From positions 1 through 47,725 of the IMG/VR virus record IMGVR_UViG_3300022741_000070: a stretch of DNA of 47,725 nucleotides; one strand, 5' to 3'. The position numbers and the translations under genes were made by a program. Positions 1 to 8,785 of this stretch are shown here, piece by piece; the stretch's first letter is position 1; every line of letters starts with the position of its first letter. The notes below the pieces were generated by a model. It searched no databases. It was not told where the DNA came from and worked only from the letters and a program-made list of their open reading frames with translations. This DNA is from a virus. Lineage: Duplodnaviria; Caudoviricetes.

Positions 1-1386
1 ATGACCCGCGCGCTGATCTACACCCGGATCTCCCAGGACCAGTCCGGCGAGGGCGCTGGCGTGGCGCGCCAGGAGGAGGCGTGCCGCCAGCTCGCGGCAT
101 CGCGAGGCTGGACGGTCGTCGGCGTCGAGTCCGACAACTCGATCTCTGCCTACACCGGCAAGGAGCGCCCCGGCTTCGAGCGCGCGCTCGCCGCGGTGCA
201 GGCTGGCGAGGCTGACGTCCTGGTCGCGTGGGCCATCGACCGGCTCACGCGCTCCATCCGGGACCTCCTGCGCATGATCGACCTGGGCGTGCAGGTGACC
301 ACCGCCAACGGCGAGGTGGACCTGACGACGGCGACGGGGCGCATGGTGGCAACGATCATCGCGGCCGTGGCGGCTGCCGAGGTGGAGCAGAAGGCCGCGC
401 GGCAGGTGCTGGCGAACCGCCAGAAGGCGCTAGCCGGCGGCAGGACGAAGGGCGTGCGCCCGTTCGGCTACGAGGACGACGGCGTGACCGTCAGGGAGGG
501 GGAGGCTGCCGCGATCCGCGAGGCGGCGAGAGATGTGCTCGACGGTGCGACCCTGAGCAGCGTTGCTCGGGCGTGGCGTGAGCGCGGATTCCGCCCGGCG
601 CAGCGGCGGGGCGGGGAGCAGACGGACTGGTCCGTCGGCGGGGTGAAGTACGTGCTGCGCTCCCCGCGATACATCGGGAAGCGCGTCTATCGGGGTGAGA
701 TCGTTGGCGACGCGGCATGGGGGCCGATCCTCGACGTCGACACCTTCGAGCGCCTGCGGCGCAAGCTCGACGACCCCGCGCGCCTGGTCCAGCCTGGGCG
801 CAAGCGCGGCGGCCTGCGGCCGGAGAACCTGCTCTCGTCGTTCGCGACGTGCGGCGCCTGCGGTGGGCGCGTGCGTGCAGACAGCCGCGGTCGGAAGCCG
901 CGCGTCCCGACGTACACCTGTCGAGCCGGGAAGTGCTTCACGGTGGACAGGGCCGACGCTGACGCGATGGTCGCCGCCGAGGTGATCGCATGGGCCAGCC
1001 AGCCAGGCGCTGCGAGCCTGCTCCCTGGCGAGGCGGACAGCGAGGAGCGGGCGCGCCTGGTTGACGAGCTGCGCGAGCTCGAGGCCGCGAAGGGTGCGCT
1101 CGGCCCGGCGCTGGGCCGGCGCGAGATCTCCCTCGCGATCGCGGCGGCCGCGGAGCAGGAGTACGACGCGCGGATCGCCGAGCTCGGCGCTGAGCTCGGG
1201 GCGATGGAGCGCGGGTCTGCGCTCTCCGGCCTGTCGACGGCGGAGAGCGCGACGGCGTGGTGGGCCGGGCTGACGCCGGCGCGACAGCGCCAGGTGGTCG
1301 AGAGTCTCATGCGGGTGCGATTCCTGCCGCGACCGGCCGGGGTGCGCGGCTTCGACGAGTCGCTCGTCGAGATCGAGCCGGTCTAG
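1..1386 (+). CDS. int: Large serine integrase (resolvase catalytic domain + recombinase + Zn-ribbon/coiled coil)
   Basis: N-terminal YTRIS catalytic serine motif, DRLTR motif, RPFGY, CGACG...YTC Zn ribbon; 461 aa. Confidence 0.95.
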   Translation: MTRALIYTRISQDQSGEGAGVARQEEACRQLAASRGWTVVGVESDNSISAYTGKERPGFERALAAVQAGEADVLVAWAIDRLTRSIRDLLRMIDLGVQVTTANGEVDLTTATGRMVATIIAAVAAAEVEQKAARQVLANRQKALAGGRTKGVRPFGYEDDGVTVREGEAAAIREAARDVLDGATLSSVARAWRERGFRPAQRRGGEQTDWSVGGVKYVLRSPRYIGKRVYRGEIVGDAAWGPILDVDTFERLRRKLDDPARLVQPGRKRGGLRPENLLSSFATCGACGGRVRADSRGRKPRVPTYTCRAGKCFTVDRADADAMVAAEVIAWASQPGAASLLPGEADSEERARLVDELRELEAAKGALGPALGRREISLAIAAAAEQEYDARIAELGAELGAMERGSALSGLSTAESATAWWAGLTPARQRQVVESLMRVRFLPRPAGVRGFDESLVEIEPV

Positions 1387-1395
1387 AAACGACAA

Positions 1396-1442
1396 AAGGG
1401 CCCCGGCCCAGCTCCAGGCTACGGAGCTGGGCCGGGGCCCTT
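1396..1442. terminator. Bidirectional terminator-like hairpin between convergent arms
   Basis: 20-bp perfect inverted repeat AAGGGCCCCGGCCCAGCTCC / GGAGCTGGGCCGGGGCCCTT. Confidence 0.8.
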
Positions 1443-1445
1443 GCA

Positions 1446-1604
1446 CTACTTACGGTTGGACAGGACGTACAGCGAGCGGAGGTGCTCGGCCGTGCGCCCG
1501 TCGAGCGGACGTAGCGGACGCTCCTCCTGGCGCCTGCGCGCCCGCTCGATCTGCTCCGCAGTCGGGAGCGCGTTGCCCTTCTCGGCGGCGGGGTTGTCGG
1601 TCAC
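1446..1604 (-). CDS. Small hypothetical protein (52 aa)
   Basis: GTG start overlaps stop of upstream gene (GTGA); ends before terminator. Confidence 0.55.
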   Translation of the reverse strand: MTDNPAAEKGNALPTAEQIERARRRQEERPLRPLDGRTAEHLRSLYVLSNRK

Positions 1605-2209
1605 CGCGTCTGCACCGTCTCGAGGAGCGCCGCGACCTCGTCGAGTGACACGAGACGACTCCAGGCATCCCAGCCGACGTGAATCTGCGGCGCGTACGGG
1701 AGGGTCGACGGCTCCACGGAGAGCCACGTCGTCGAGTGCGTGTGGCCGTGCAGAATCGGGCTGCCGTGGTTGCGGAGCCTCCACTCTTGGTGCCGACCGG
1801 GCGTGGCGTGGTCGCCCACGTACGGGAAGTGCGACAGGAGCACGCTCGCCCCGTTGATGCGCCGTCTCGCCGCCATCTGCGCCGAGACGAACGCGCCGCC
1901 GTTGACCGTGAGGTACTGCGCGCCCTTGCGGTGGGCGTCGCGATACATCGGGTGCCCGGCGTCGTGGTTGCCCCAGACGAGGTGCTTCTCGCCGGGGAGC
2001 TCGCGCAGGATGTCGACCGCGCCCCGCACCTTGCCGGTCGCGGTCGAGCCGGTGACATCGCCGAGCACCCACACCTGATCACCCTTGCGCACCTGGTCGG
2101 CCCAAATGTCGGCGATCCCGGCGTCATGCAGGGAGGCGAGTTCGCCGAGCCGCATCCGTGCGACCTTCTCGTGCCCGAAGTGCAGGTCGGACGTGAACCA
2201 CACGGTCAC
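1601..2209 (-). CDS. Calcineurin-like metallophosphoesterase
   Basis: SDLHFGH, LGDV, WGNHD, SHFP, HGHTH motifs; GTGA-coupled start at 2209. Confidence 0.9.
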   Translation of the reverse strand: MTVWFTSDLHFGHEKVARMRLGELASLHDAGIADIWADQVRKGDQVWVLGDVTGSTATGKVRGAVDILRELPGEKHLVWGNHDAGHPMYRDAHRKGAQYLTVNGGAFVSAQMAARRRINGASVLLSHFPYVGDHATPGRHQEWRLRNHGSPILHGHTHSTTWLSVEPSTLPYAPQIHVGWDAWSRLVSLDEVAALLETVQTR

Positions 2210-2643
2210 TCGGACAGCTCCGCTCGACCGACGACCCTGAACGGGGCGAAGCCGTTGGGGCCGTAGGTCGCCTCGTGGGAGAATGGGCGTCCGCTCACGG
2301 TCATCACCAACCGCGCGGAGCTCGGCGCCCAGACGACCCAGACGTCGCCCTCGCAGTCGGCGGCCAGCGTCCCCACCGGACATGTGAGGAACTCGGCGCT
2401 CGTGAGGTAGACGTCCGGCGGCTCCGGCACCTCAACCTGCTTCGCCTCGGTGTCGTCCGCGTCGACCCGCGCGACCTGCGTCCACTCCCCCGGCGCGAAC
2501 GCTGCGACGAGGCGGCCGTCCGGCGTGGCCGCGTAGAGCAGTCCGAACGGGGTGAAGTCGAAGCGCCCGCCCTCCTCCACCTCCAGGTTGACGTAGTCGC
2601 CCTCACTGTCGTAGACCCTGAACAGGCTGTTGCCGGTCACCAT
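2206..2643 (-). CDS. Hypothetical protein
   Basis: ORF with GAGAGGAG RBS, coupled to downstream gene. Confidence 0.7.
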   Translation of the reverse strand: MVTGNSLFRVYDSEGDYVNLEVEEGGRFDFTPFGLLYAATPDGRLVAAFAPGEWTQVARVDADDTEAKQVEVPEPPDVYLTSAEFLTCPVGTLAADCEGDVWVVWAPSSARLVMTVSGRPFSHEATYGPNGFAPFRVVGRAELSE

Positions 2644-2656
2644 CTCTGCTCTCCTC

Positions 2657-3064
2657 TCAGGCGGCCCGCACGAGGCTGGGCTTGGTGCTGTAGTCGCCGC
2701 GCAGGACGCGCAGGCGCTGATTCTCCGCGTTCGTGACCGGGCGCAGGTGGCTCGGCCGGACGCGGCTCTCGTTGTTGCAGCGGTGGTCGAGCCAGGGCTC
2801 GGAGCTCGGGATGGAGCGGCGGCGACGGGCGACTCGCGGCTCCGCGGCGTTGAGCGCGAGGTGCGTGAACGCGACGCGGTGCGCCGTGTGCCAGTGGCCC
2901 CGCAGCCAGACCCGGCCGTAGCCGAAGCGGTCCCGCTTGCCGGCCCACTCCCAGCACGCCCAGCGCCCGCGGCGCACCGGTCGGATGTGGCCGATGAGGC
3001 GCTCCGCCTCGCCCCCAGACAGGAGCGGCGGCCTGTCCAGGCGTGCGACGACGTCCGTCCTCAC
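2657..3064 (-). CDS. HNH endonuclease (HNH_3-like)
   Basis: CWEWAG..GYG..AHRVAF..LDHRCNN..PSHLRPVTNAEN motifs. Confidence 0.85.
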   Translation of the reverse strand: MRTDVVARLDRPPLLSGGEAERLIGHIRPVRRGRWACWEWAGKRDRFGYGRVWLRGHWHTAHRVAFTHLALNAAEPRVARRRRSIPSSEPWLDHRCNNESRVRPSHLRPVTNAENQRLRVLRGDYSTKPSLVRAA

Positions 3065-3222
3065 TCGCCCGCCTCGCGCTCGACGGTGATCGTGACGTGC
3101 GCCACGGTCGTCACCGTACGGTCGCCCGGCGCCGCCTGGGCGCGGCGCTCCGTCCACACGCCCGGCGCGGGCTCGGGCTCGCGGCCGACCTTCTCGATCT
3201 TGATGCTTGCGACGTGGTGCAT
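3061..3222 (-). CDS. Small hypothetical protein (53 aa)
   Basis: AGGAGG RBS, GTGA coupling to next gene. Confidence 0.6.
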   Translation of the reverse strand: MHHVASIKIEKVGREPEPAPGVWTERRAQAAPGDRTVTTVAHVTITVEREAGE

Positions 3223-3227
3223 CTCGC

Positions 3228-3578
3228 TCAGTCCTCCTTGGTCTCGGTCGGCTCGGTCCATCCGAACCACTTGTTGATCTCGCCGCGCAGCCATGTGTCG
3301 AGCCACGCCTGCACCTCGGCCCGGTCGAAGTCGCCGGTCCACATTGCGAGCGTCTTGCCCTTCCTTGGCATGAGGAACACGAGCGCGAACTCGGGCTCGT
3401 CGTCGGGCTCGGCATACTCGACGTCGGGGCCATCGAAGTGCCATGCGATCGGCAGGTTCAGGCAGTTCGACAGCCCCTCGGCAGCGGCGCGCAGATCCGC
3501 GAAGGCGTCGTACTCCTCGTCGTAGTCCAGGTCGGGCGGGTACATGCCCTCCGGGCAGTTCGGCAGGTTGTTGGTCAT
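3228..3578 (-). CDS. Hypothetical acidic protein
   Basis: AAGGAGG RBS; typical codon usage. Confidence 0.75.
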   Translation of the reverse strand: MTNNLPNCPEGMYPPDLDYDEEYDAFADLRAAAEGLSNCLNLPIAWHFDGPDVEYAEPDDEPEFALVFLMPRKGKTLAMWTGDFDRAEVQAWLDTWLRGEINKWFGWTEPTETKED

Positions 3579-3608
3579 CTGGCTAGCCCTCCTTGAGCGT
3601 CCACGCGG

Positions 3609-3923
3609 TCACCCGACGGGCGCCTCCTTGATGTTGACCTGCGCCCCCTCGGGGAAGGGGTACGGGGCGGGGAGGCCCGGCGCGAACGGCCGGCCCAGCC
3701 CCTTGAGGACAGCGAGCTCGTGCTCGAGTCGACGGATCTTGGCGAGCGCGTCCTCGAGTTCGGCGATAACGCTCGACAGCGCCACCTCGGTCAGGACGGT
3801 GAACCCGCGGCGGTAGGGCGACGCGTCGGCGAGGACCGCGACCTCCCCCTCGCGCGGGCGCAGCGGCACGCCGGTCGACCTGGCCCGCATGAACGACCGA
3901 GCCTGCTCCAGGGCCGCGGTCAC
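3609..3923 (-). CDS. Hypothetical protein with coiled coil
   Basis: GTGA-coupled start at 3923. Confidence 0.6.
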   Translation of the reverse strand: MTAALEQARSFMRARSTGVPLRPREGEVAVLADASPYRRGFTVLTEVALSSVIAELEDALAKIRRLEHELAVLKGLGRPFAPGLPAPYPFPEGAQVNIKEAPVG

Positions 3924-4240
3924 GAGCCGCTCCAGGCGGGCACGAGGCCCGACGTCGGACGCCGCCGCAGGTTCTGCGCCAGCGCGACGGCGCGCATGGT
4001 GAGCTCGGGAGCGAAGGGCGCCCGCTTGCGCCCCTCCCCCTCGATCGCGTACTGGCGCGGGCCGACCTCGCCGTCCATGCGACGAGCCATCTCGCGCGCC
4101 TCGTGGCACCTGGCGCACTCGGCGCCGAGTCCGTCGTGCTGGGCCGGGTCGCGGTTGAAGTCCCTCGGGTCCTTCACCTCGCCGCACGTGAAGCAGAACT
4201 TGCCCGGCAGTGCGGTCTCGATGATCGTGCGGATGCTCAC
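3920..4240 (-). CDS. Zn-finger protein (CxxC...CxxC)
   Basis: KFCFTCGEVK..F..DGL..ECARC pattern; coupled start. Confidence 0.65.
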   Translation of the reverse strand: MSIRTIIETALPGKFCFTCGEVKDPRDFNRDPAQHDGLGAECARCHEAREMARRMDGEVGPRQYAIEGEGRKRAPFAPELTMRAVALAQNLRRRPTSGLVPAWSGS

Positions 4241-4506
4241 GCGACCACCCCCGCTCGGGTGTTGTACTCGCGTCGGCTCATCTCGGTCAGGTGCCAGCCG
4301 CCGCACCCGCCGTCGCAGGGGTAGACCCTCGACTCCAGCTTGATGCCACGACGAGACCCGCGGGCGTCACCCCGGCGGAGGCGATCGGTCTGCGCCTTGC
4401 CGAGCATCCGCTCGGCAGCCTGTCGCGTCGGGTAGCTGCGCTTCCCCGTCGTCGGGCAGCGCAGGTAGGTCAGACGACTCATGCTCTTGGTGCTCCTCTC
4501 GGTCAT
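4237..4506 (-). CDS. Small basic Cys/His phage protein
   Basis: C..GKRSY..YPC..CGGWHLT pattern common in actinophage hypotheticals. Confidence 0.7.
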   Translation of the reverse strand: MTERSTKSMSRLTYLRCPTTGKRSYPTRQAAERMLGKAQTDRLRRGDARGSRRGIKLESRVYPCDGGCGGWHLTEMSRREYNTRAGVVA

Positions 4507-4994
4507 GCGATCAGCGCCTCCTCGATCTCTCTCGGAGGCACCACGTACTCGCGGCAGCCGCAGTTGCCGACGATGCAGCCGGGGCGTCGCGCCCGCGGCC
4601 ACCGGTGGGCGGGCTCCGCGTGGTTGCAGTTCCCGCACGGGCGCTCGATCAGCCCCTCCTGCGCGAGCAGGTAGTCCGACCGGGCGCCGATCCCCTGGAT
4701 CTCCAGGACCGTCGCGCGCCCAACCAGCGCCAGCGTGTTGCTCTCGATCGCCTTCATCGCCGCGCCCTCGGTCGCGAACATCCCGTAGATGCCGTACGGC
4801 GTGGCGCCGCCCCCGTCGTGAACCGCGATCGCATACCAGGTGCGGCGCGACAGGGCGTGCAGCGCGAGCGAGATCGCCTTGCGGGCCATCTGCTTGGCGC
4901 TGTCGAACTCGTCGCGCTCCAGCGCCTCGGCGAGCTCTGCGATCTCGTGGGCCCGCGGCGCGACCGCGGGCATCTTGTACTGGTCCAGATTCAT
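4503..4994 (-). CDS. Hypothetical protein with C-terminal Cys/His cluster
   Basis: 163 aa ORF; CGNCNH..H..C..CGC; ATGA coupling. Confidence 0.7.
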   Translation of the reverse strand: MNLDQYKMPAVAPRAHEIAELAEALERDEFDSAKQMARKAISLALHALSRRTWYAIAVHDGGGATPYGIYGMFATEGAAMKAIESNTLALVGRATVLEIQGIGARSDYLLAQEGLIERPCGNCNHAEPAHRWPRARRPGCIVGNCGCREYVVPPREIEEALIA

Positions 4995-5003
4995 TTACCC
5001 ACC
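4992..5003 (-). promoter_or_regulatory. Operator/stoperator site GGTGGGTAAATG
   Basis: Matches genome-wide polar 12-mer; overlaps ATG of the 4503-4994 gene. Confidence 0.65.
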
Positions 5004-5006
5004 CAT

Positions 5007-5043
5007 GCCGGGCGCTGCCGTGGAGTAGTCGGCAGCGCCCGGC
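5007..5043. terminator. Intergenic GC hairpin (terminator or RNA stabiliser)
   Basis: 14-bp perfect inverted repeat GCCGGGCGCTGCCG. Confidence 0.55.
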
Positions 5044-5049
5044 TCCTTG

Positions 5050-5493
5050 TCACTCGTTGATGTAGGTCACGGCCAGGATGGGGAACGGCGCGGTCCTCGA
5101 GTCGACGAAGTCGGGACCACTCAGGCGCCGGACGCGCCGCGACCCCCCGTCGTCGAGGGCGACGACCCCCTCGCTGCCGGACAGCGAGCGCACGAGCGTG
5201 CCGAGCGGCAGGGCCTCGAGCCCCTCGCGCGAGTCGACGTAGGTGAACTCCTCGTCGGCGGTCGGCGGCGGGGTCCAGGCGGGCGCCGAGTAGGGGGTCA
5301 GGCGCGAGCCGGTGGGCTCCGGCCAGGCGTCCGGGTCGATGAGCCTGGCCCAGCCGACGAGCTCCGCCAGGTCGCGGTTCGGGTCGAGCTGTCTCAGGAT
5401 CACGAGCCCCGCGAAGCGGCGGTTGGTCGCCTCCTCGCTCTCCTCGCTGGCGATGATGTTGGTCATACTGTCGTTGCCTCCAGTCTGTGTCAT
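5050..5493 (-). CDS. Hypothetical protein (possibly leaderless; alternative start 5466)
   Basis: 147 aa ORF directly downstream of a predicted promoter. Confidence 0.7.
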   Translation of the reverse strand: MTQTGGNDSMTNIIASEESEEATNRRFAGLVILRQLDPNRDLAELVGWARLIDPDAWPEPTGSRLTPYSAPAWTPPPTADEEFTYVDSREGLEALPLGTLVRSLSGSEGVVALDDGGSRRVRRLSGPDFVDSRTAPFPILAVTYINE

Positions 5494-5500
5494 GGGCGCG

Positions 5501-5530
5501 AGTCTAGCTGCACTTACACACCGACGTCAA
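5501..5530 (-). promoter_or_regulatory. SigA-type promoter TTGACG-N18-TAGACT with operator GGTGTGTAAGTG (5511-5522) in the spacer
   Basis: Near-consensus -35/-10 and the repeated 12-mer between them. Confidence 0.75.
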
Positions 5531-6165
5531 GCGTTGATGCGCGCTACCTCCAACGCCGCCGCCTGCAGGTCGTCGATCGTGCCGACGTTCAGCACCAGGT
5601 GGGCGAAGCCTCCGAAGTCGTCGAGCTCGGTCTCGGACGCGTGCGCCGCCGCCTCCGGCAACAGCGCGTCGCCACCCTCCGGGCGCTCGATGCGCACGAC
5701 GATGCCGCCCGCGGCGATGACCGCCTCGGCCTCGTTGCGGTAGCGCACGTCCGTGATGACGACCGGGCCCTCGATCTCGGCGGCGCGGCGCATGGCGGCG
5801 TCGAGCCAGGTCGTGCGCCCGAGCACCTCGCGCACGCCGTCGCCCAGGCGGATCAGCGTCCGCCGCAGCTCGCCGTCGATGGTCTCGGTCGGGTGGGACT
5901 TGATGCCCTCCCAGCCGACGGCGTCGTGCAGGTCTGCCAGGCGCACCGGCGCGAGATCCGGCCACGGCCCGCCGCAGCAGTCCGGGTCGCCGCACGAGGT
6001 GTCTCGGTCGACGACGTCGATGACGGGGTCGAGCTTGAGCGCGAGCTCTCGCAGCGGATCGGCGAACGCCACTCGCGTGTAGCCCGCTCCCTGAACGAGC
6101 GCCTCGGCGAAGGTGTCCTTGCCCGAGCGGGCCTTGCCCGACAGGCCGATGATGTTCGTTGCCAC
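5527..6165 (-). CDS. Deoxynucleoside monophosphate kinase
   Basis: IIGLSGKARSGKDT P-loop, FADPLR, ITDVRYRNE, HASET motifs; GGAGG RBS before GTG 6165. Confidence 0.9.
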   Translation of the reverse strand: MATNIIGLSGKARSGKDTFAEALVQGAGYTRVAFADPLRELALKLDPVIDVVDRDTSCGDPDCCGGPWPDLAPVRLADLHDAVGWEGIKSHPTETIDGELRRTLIRLGDGVREVLGRTTWLDAAMRRAAEIEGPVVITDVRYRNEAEAVIAAGGIVVRIERPEGGDALLPEAAAHASETELDDFGGFAHLVLNVGTIDDLQAAALEVARINA

Positions 6166-6230
6166 TGTGTGTTGTCCTCCTATTGGTTGTCGCTTGATCT
6201 TGCTCACGTCGATGCCCTTGTGCGTCTCGC

Positions 6231-6902
6231 TCACGCGACACCCCTCCCCTCGCGGCGGTCCCCGCTGGAGAGCCTGATCTCGCAAGCTAGAGCCTCCCGC
6301 CCCTCCCGCTCGGCCTCATCCTGCCCGTAGAAGCCCCAGGCGGACTCGATCACCCTCCAGTCCTCGTACATCCCGCGCGAGACGGGCTTCCCGTCGGACT
6401 TGCGCACGGTGGTGGTGGTCACCACGGTCGCCTCCTCCAGGACGTAGCCGTAGACCTCACCGTCGGCCCACAGCTCGTACTCCTCGACCTCGCCCCGCGT
6501 GGTCTCGGTGCCCATCGTGGCGCCCCACCGTTCGCACAGCTCCGGGTCGGAGTACCAGAGAATGCCGTCGCTGATGACGACACCGAGGTCCCACCCGTGG
6601 AAGATGCGTCCCCACCGGGCGAAGGCGGTCGCCGCGTCGAAGGGGCGAAGCGCGTGCCCGTTGTGCCAGTGTGCACGCTCGTCGGTCGCCTCGAAGAAGT
6701 AGCGGATCGCCTCGGCGAGGGAGTTGTGGTTGACGACCCCACCATCCCAGGTCTGGCCGGGCTCCATCTTGCGCCAGTCGCGCGAGGGGAGGACGACGTA
6801 GGACGTGCAGATGTTGTCCCGGTCGAGTCGCGGATTGACCGCGTCGGAGTCTTGCTCGATGCGCAGGCGGTAGTCCTGCGTCGCCGCGACGATGTCGGTC
6901 AT
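6231..6902 (-). CDS. Hypothetical protein (223 aa)
   Basis: RBS and ATG at 6902; W.DGEVYGY..ESAWGFYG motif typical of phage early hypotheticals. Confidence 0.75.
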   Translation of the reverse strand: MTDIVAATQDYRLRIEQDSDAVNPRLDRDNICTSYVVLPSRDWRKMEPGQTWDGGVVNHNSLAEAIRYFFEATDERAHWHNGHALRPFDAATAFARWGRIFHGWDLGVVISDGILWYSDPELCERWGATMGTETTRGEVEEYELWADGEVYGYVLEEATVVTTTTVRKSDGKPVSRGMYEDWRVIESAWGFYGQDEAEREGREALACEIRLSSGDRREGRGVA

Positions 6903-6904
6903 GC

Positions 6905-7771
6905 TCAGTCCTCCCTCTCGGTAGTCAGGTTCGTGCTCCACGATGCGACCGTCACGCGCCCGAACTTGCGCAGCGCCTTGTACTGGTCCGTCCACAACCG
7001 CCGCGTTGCGTCGTCCACTCCCCATAGCTTCCGTCGGCGGTTCACCTCGGCCATGAGGGTGTCGAGAGTCCCCGTCCAGCAGCCCACAACGAGGACGTGC
7101 CCGTCCGCGTCCTCCGTGCGTGCGAGCGTCGCGGTGACACCTTCGGACCCGATCGGGCCGATCGAGATCCAATGCGCCCGCGACTCCACCCGCGCCTCGC
7201 CGGACACCTGCGCGTTGCCGTACACCTGCGCCTCGCCGGACACCTGCGCGTTGCCGTACACCCACGCGTTGCCGTACACCCGCGCGTTGCCGGACACCCA
7301 CGCGTTGCCGTACACCTGCGCCTCGCCGGACACCCACGCGTTGCCGTACACCCGCGCGTTGCCGGACACCTGCGCGTTGCCGTACACCCACGCGTTGCCG
7401 TACACCCGCGCGTTGCCGGACACCCACGCGTTGCCGTACACCTGCGCCTCGCCGGACACCCACGCGTTGCCGTACACCCGCGCGTTGCCGGACACCCACG
7501 CGTTGCCGTACACCTGCGCCTCGCCGGACACCTGCGCGTTGCCGGACACCTGCGCGTTGCCGGACACCTGCGCGTTGCCGTACACCCACGCGTTGCCGTA
7601 CACCCGCGCGTTGCCGTCGCGCAGGGTCAGGCTCTCGACCCAACCGCCCAGGTCGCCCGCCTTGACCCCCGCGCTCGGAATGTCCACGAGCGCACGGATC
7701 CGATGGACCGTCACACCCTGCGCGTTGACCTTCGACTCTCCGGTCAACTCGATCTTGATGTCCATGCTCAC
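6905..7771 (-). CDS. Hexapeptide-repeat (left-handed beta-helix) protein
   Basis: RIRAL..GDLGGWVE N-terminus followed by 24 (Y/S)G(N/E)A(R/W/Q)V units. Confidence 0.85.
   Translation of the reverse strand: MSMDIKIELTGESKVNAQGVTVHRIRALVDIPSAGVKAGDLGGWVESLTLRDGNARVYGNAWVYGNAQVSGNAQVSGNAQVSGEAQVYGNAWVSGNARVYGNAWVSGEAQVYGNAWVSGNARVYGNAWVYGNAQVSGNARVYGNAWVSGEAQVYGNAWVSGNARVYGNAWVYGNAQVSGEAQVYGNAQVSGEARVESRAHWISIGPIGSEGVTATLARTEDADGHVLVVGCWTGTLDTLMAEVNRRRKLWGVDDATRRLWTDQYKALRKFGRVTVASWSTNLTTERED
7187..7618 (-). repeat. Coding tandem array of 24 x 18-bp units
   Basis: Near-identical 18-mers such as GCCGTACACCCACGCGTT and GCCGGACACCTGCGCGTT on the + strand. Confidence 0.9.
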
Positions 7772-7774
7772 TCC

Positions 7775-8224
7775 TCAGCCCTCCTTGTCGTAGTAGGCGT
7801 CAGGCCCGGCCCACACCTCGCGGTCGTGGGAGTGCGCGCCCGCGTGCATGTTGGTGAGGACGCAGTCGGCGTCTCGACCGCACCCGAACAGATCCGTCGC
7901 GTCGCGCGCGTCGGCCACCTCGCGGCGCCCGTCCGAGCGCAGTCGCGTCATCCCCGCGCCCTCCGCATGGGCGGCACGGACGAACGACCGGTATGCGTGC
8001 ACGGCGAACGTGCCCAGGTCCGTCGCGACCGTCGTGGTGACCAGGCTGAACGGCGGCGCGAGCGGCGTCTCTCGAGTCGCGACACTCTCGACCGTCGCGA
8101 ACGCGAAGGGCAGGGCGTCGAACTCGTAGCCGATGAACTCGCTCAGCACGGGCTCCAGGTCGATCACCATGCCCGGCGCCAGGTCGCGCGCGTCGACCTC
8201 GTCGTATCGCACGGGGGCGGTCAC
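7775..8224 (-). CDS. Hypothetical protein (possible in-frame fusion of two small genes)
   Basis: GTGA-coupled start; internal GGAGGG-N-ATG near 7950. Confidence 0.6.
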   Translation of the reverse strand: MTAPVRYDEVDARDLAPGMVIDLEPVLSEFIGYEFDALPFAFATVESVATRETPLAPPFSLVTTTVATDLGTFAVHAYRSFVRAAHAEGAGMTRLRSDGRREVADARDATDLFGCGRDADCVLTNMHAGAHSHDREVWAGPDAYYDKEG

Positions 8225-8691
8225 AGCTTCCACACCAGCTTCCAGTCTGCGGGGATGGCCCGCTCCTCGCCGCACGCGTAGCAGACCAGGCGCTCGCCGG
8301 ACCCCTCGTCGGTCACGTCGGCGTCGAAGGCGTCGACGATGATGTCGCCCTCGTCGAAGTCGACCTCGACGCCATGCCACACCTTCGCGTAGCCCTCCTC
8401 GACCACCTCCCAGGCGTGCTCGTGGCCGGTCTCGTCCTCGCGCTCGACCGGCCGCGCGAGCTCCTCCGCGCCTGCCACCTCCCGCTCGATGGCCCGCCGC
8501 AGCGCGTCCGCGCGGATCGCCTGGCCCTTCGCCCGCTCGACGTCCTCGGCGGTGTAGTAGCCCTCCGCGTCGCGAAGGATCGACTCGGCCAGGCGCTCTC
8601 GCTCCGCCTCCGCGTCGGCGATGACCCCCATGAGGGTCTCGACCTCCTCGGCGGTCAGCTGCAGTGTGATCCCGTGCGTGTTCACGGCCAT
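8221..8691 (-). CDS. Hypothetical acidic protein with C-terminal CxxC
   Basis: AGGAG RBS after mini-tRNA and hairpin. Confidence 0.75.
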   Translation of the reverse strand: MAVNTHGITLQLTAEEVETLMGVIADAEAERERLAESILRDAEGYYTAEDVERAKGQAIRADALRRAIEREVAGAEELARPVEREDETGHEHAWEVVEEGYAKVWHGVEVDFDEGDIIVDAFDADVTDEGSGERLVCYACGEERAIPADWKLVWKL

Positions 8692-8731
8692 GCTCGTCTC
8701 CTGTCTCTCGTTTGTGGGGTTCCTACAAAGC

Positions 8732-8778
8732 GCCCGGCCGAGGACTCGAACCTCGGCGCGCTCCACCTGGAGCCGGGC
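8732..8778 (-). ncRNA. Mini-tRNA-like element A (acceptor stem + GGU mini D-loop + T-arm, no anticodon arm)
   Basis: GCCCGG CTCC-AGGT-GGAG CGCG CCGAGG-TTCGAGT-CCTCGG CCGGGC. Confidence 0.75.
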
Positions 8779-8785
8779 CACCACC

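Noticed and set aside
7187-7618. CRISPR array or DGR template/variable repeat
   Set aside because: Contiguous 18-bp coding units without spacers; no cas operon or reverse transcriptase in the window.
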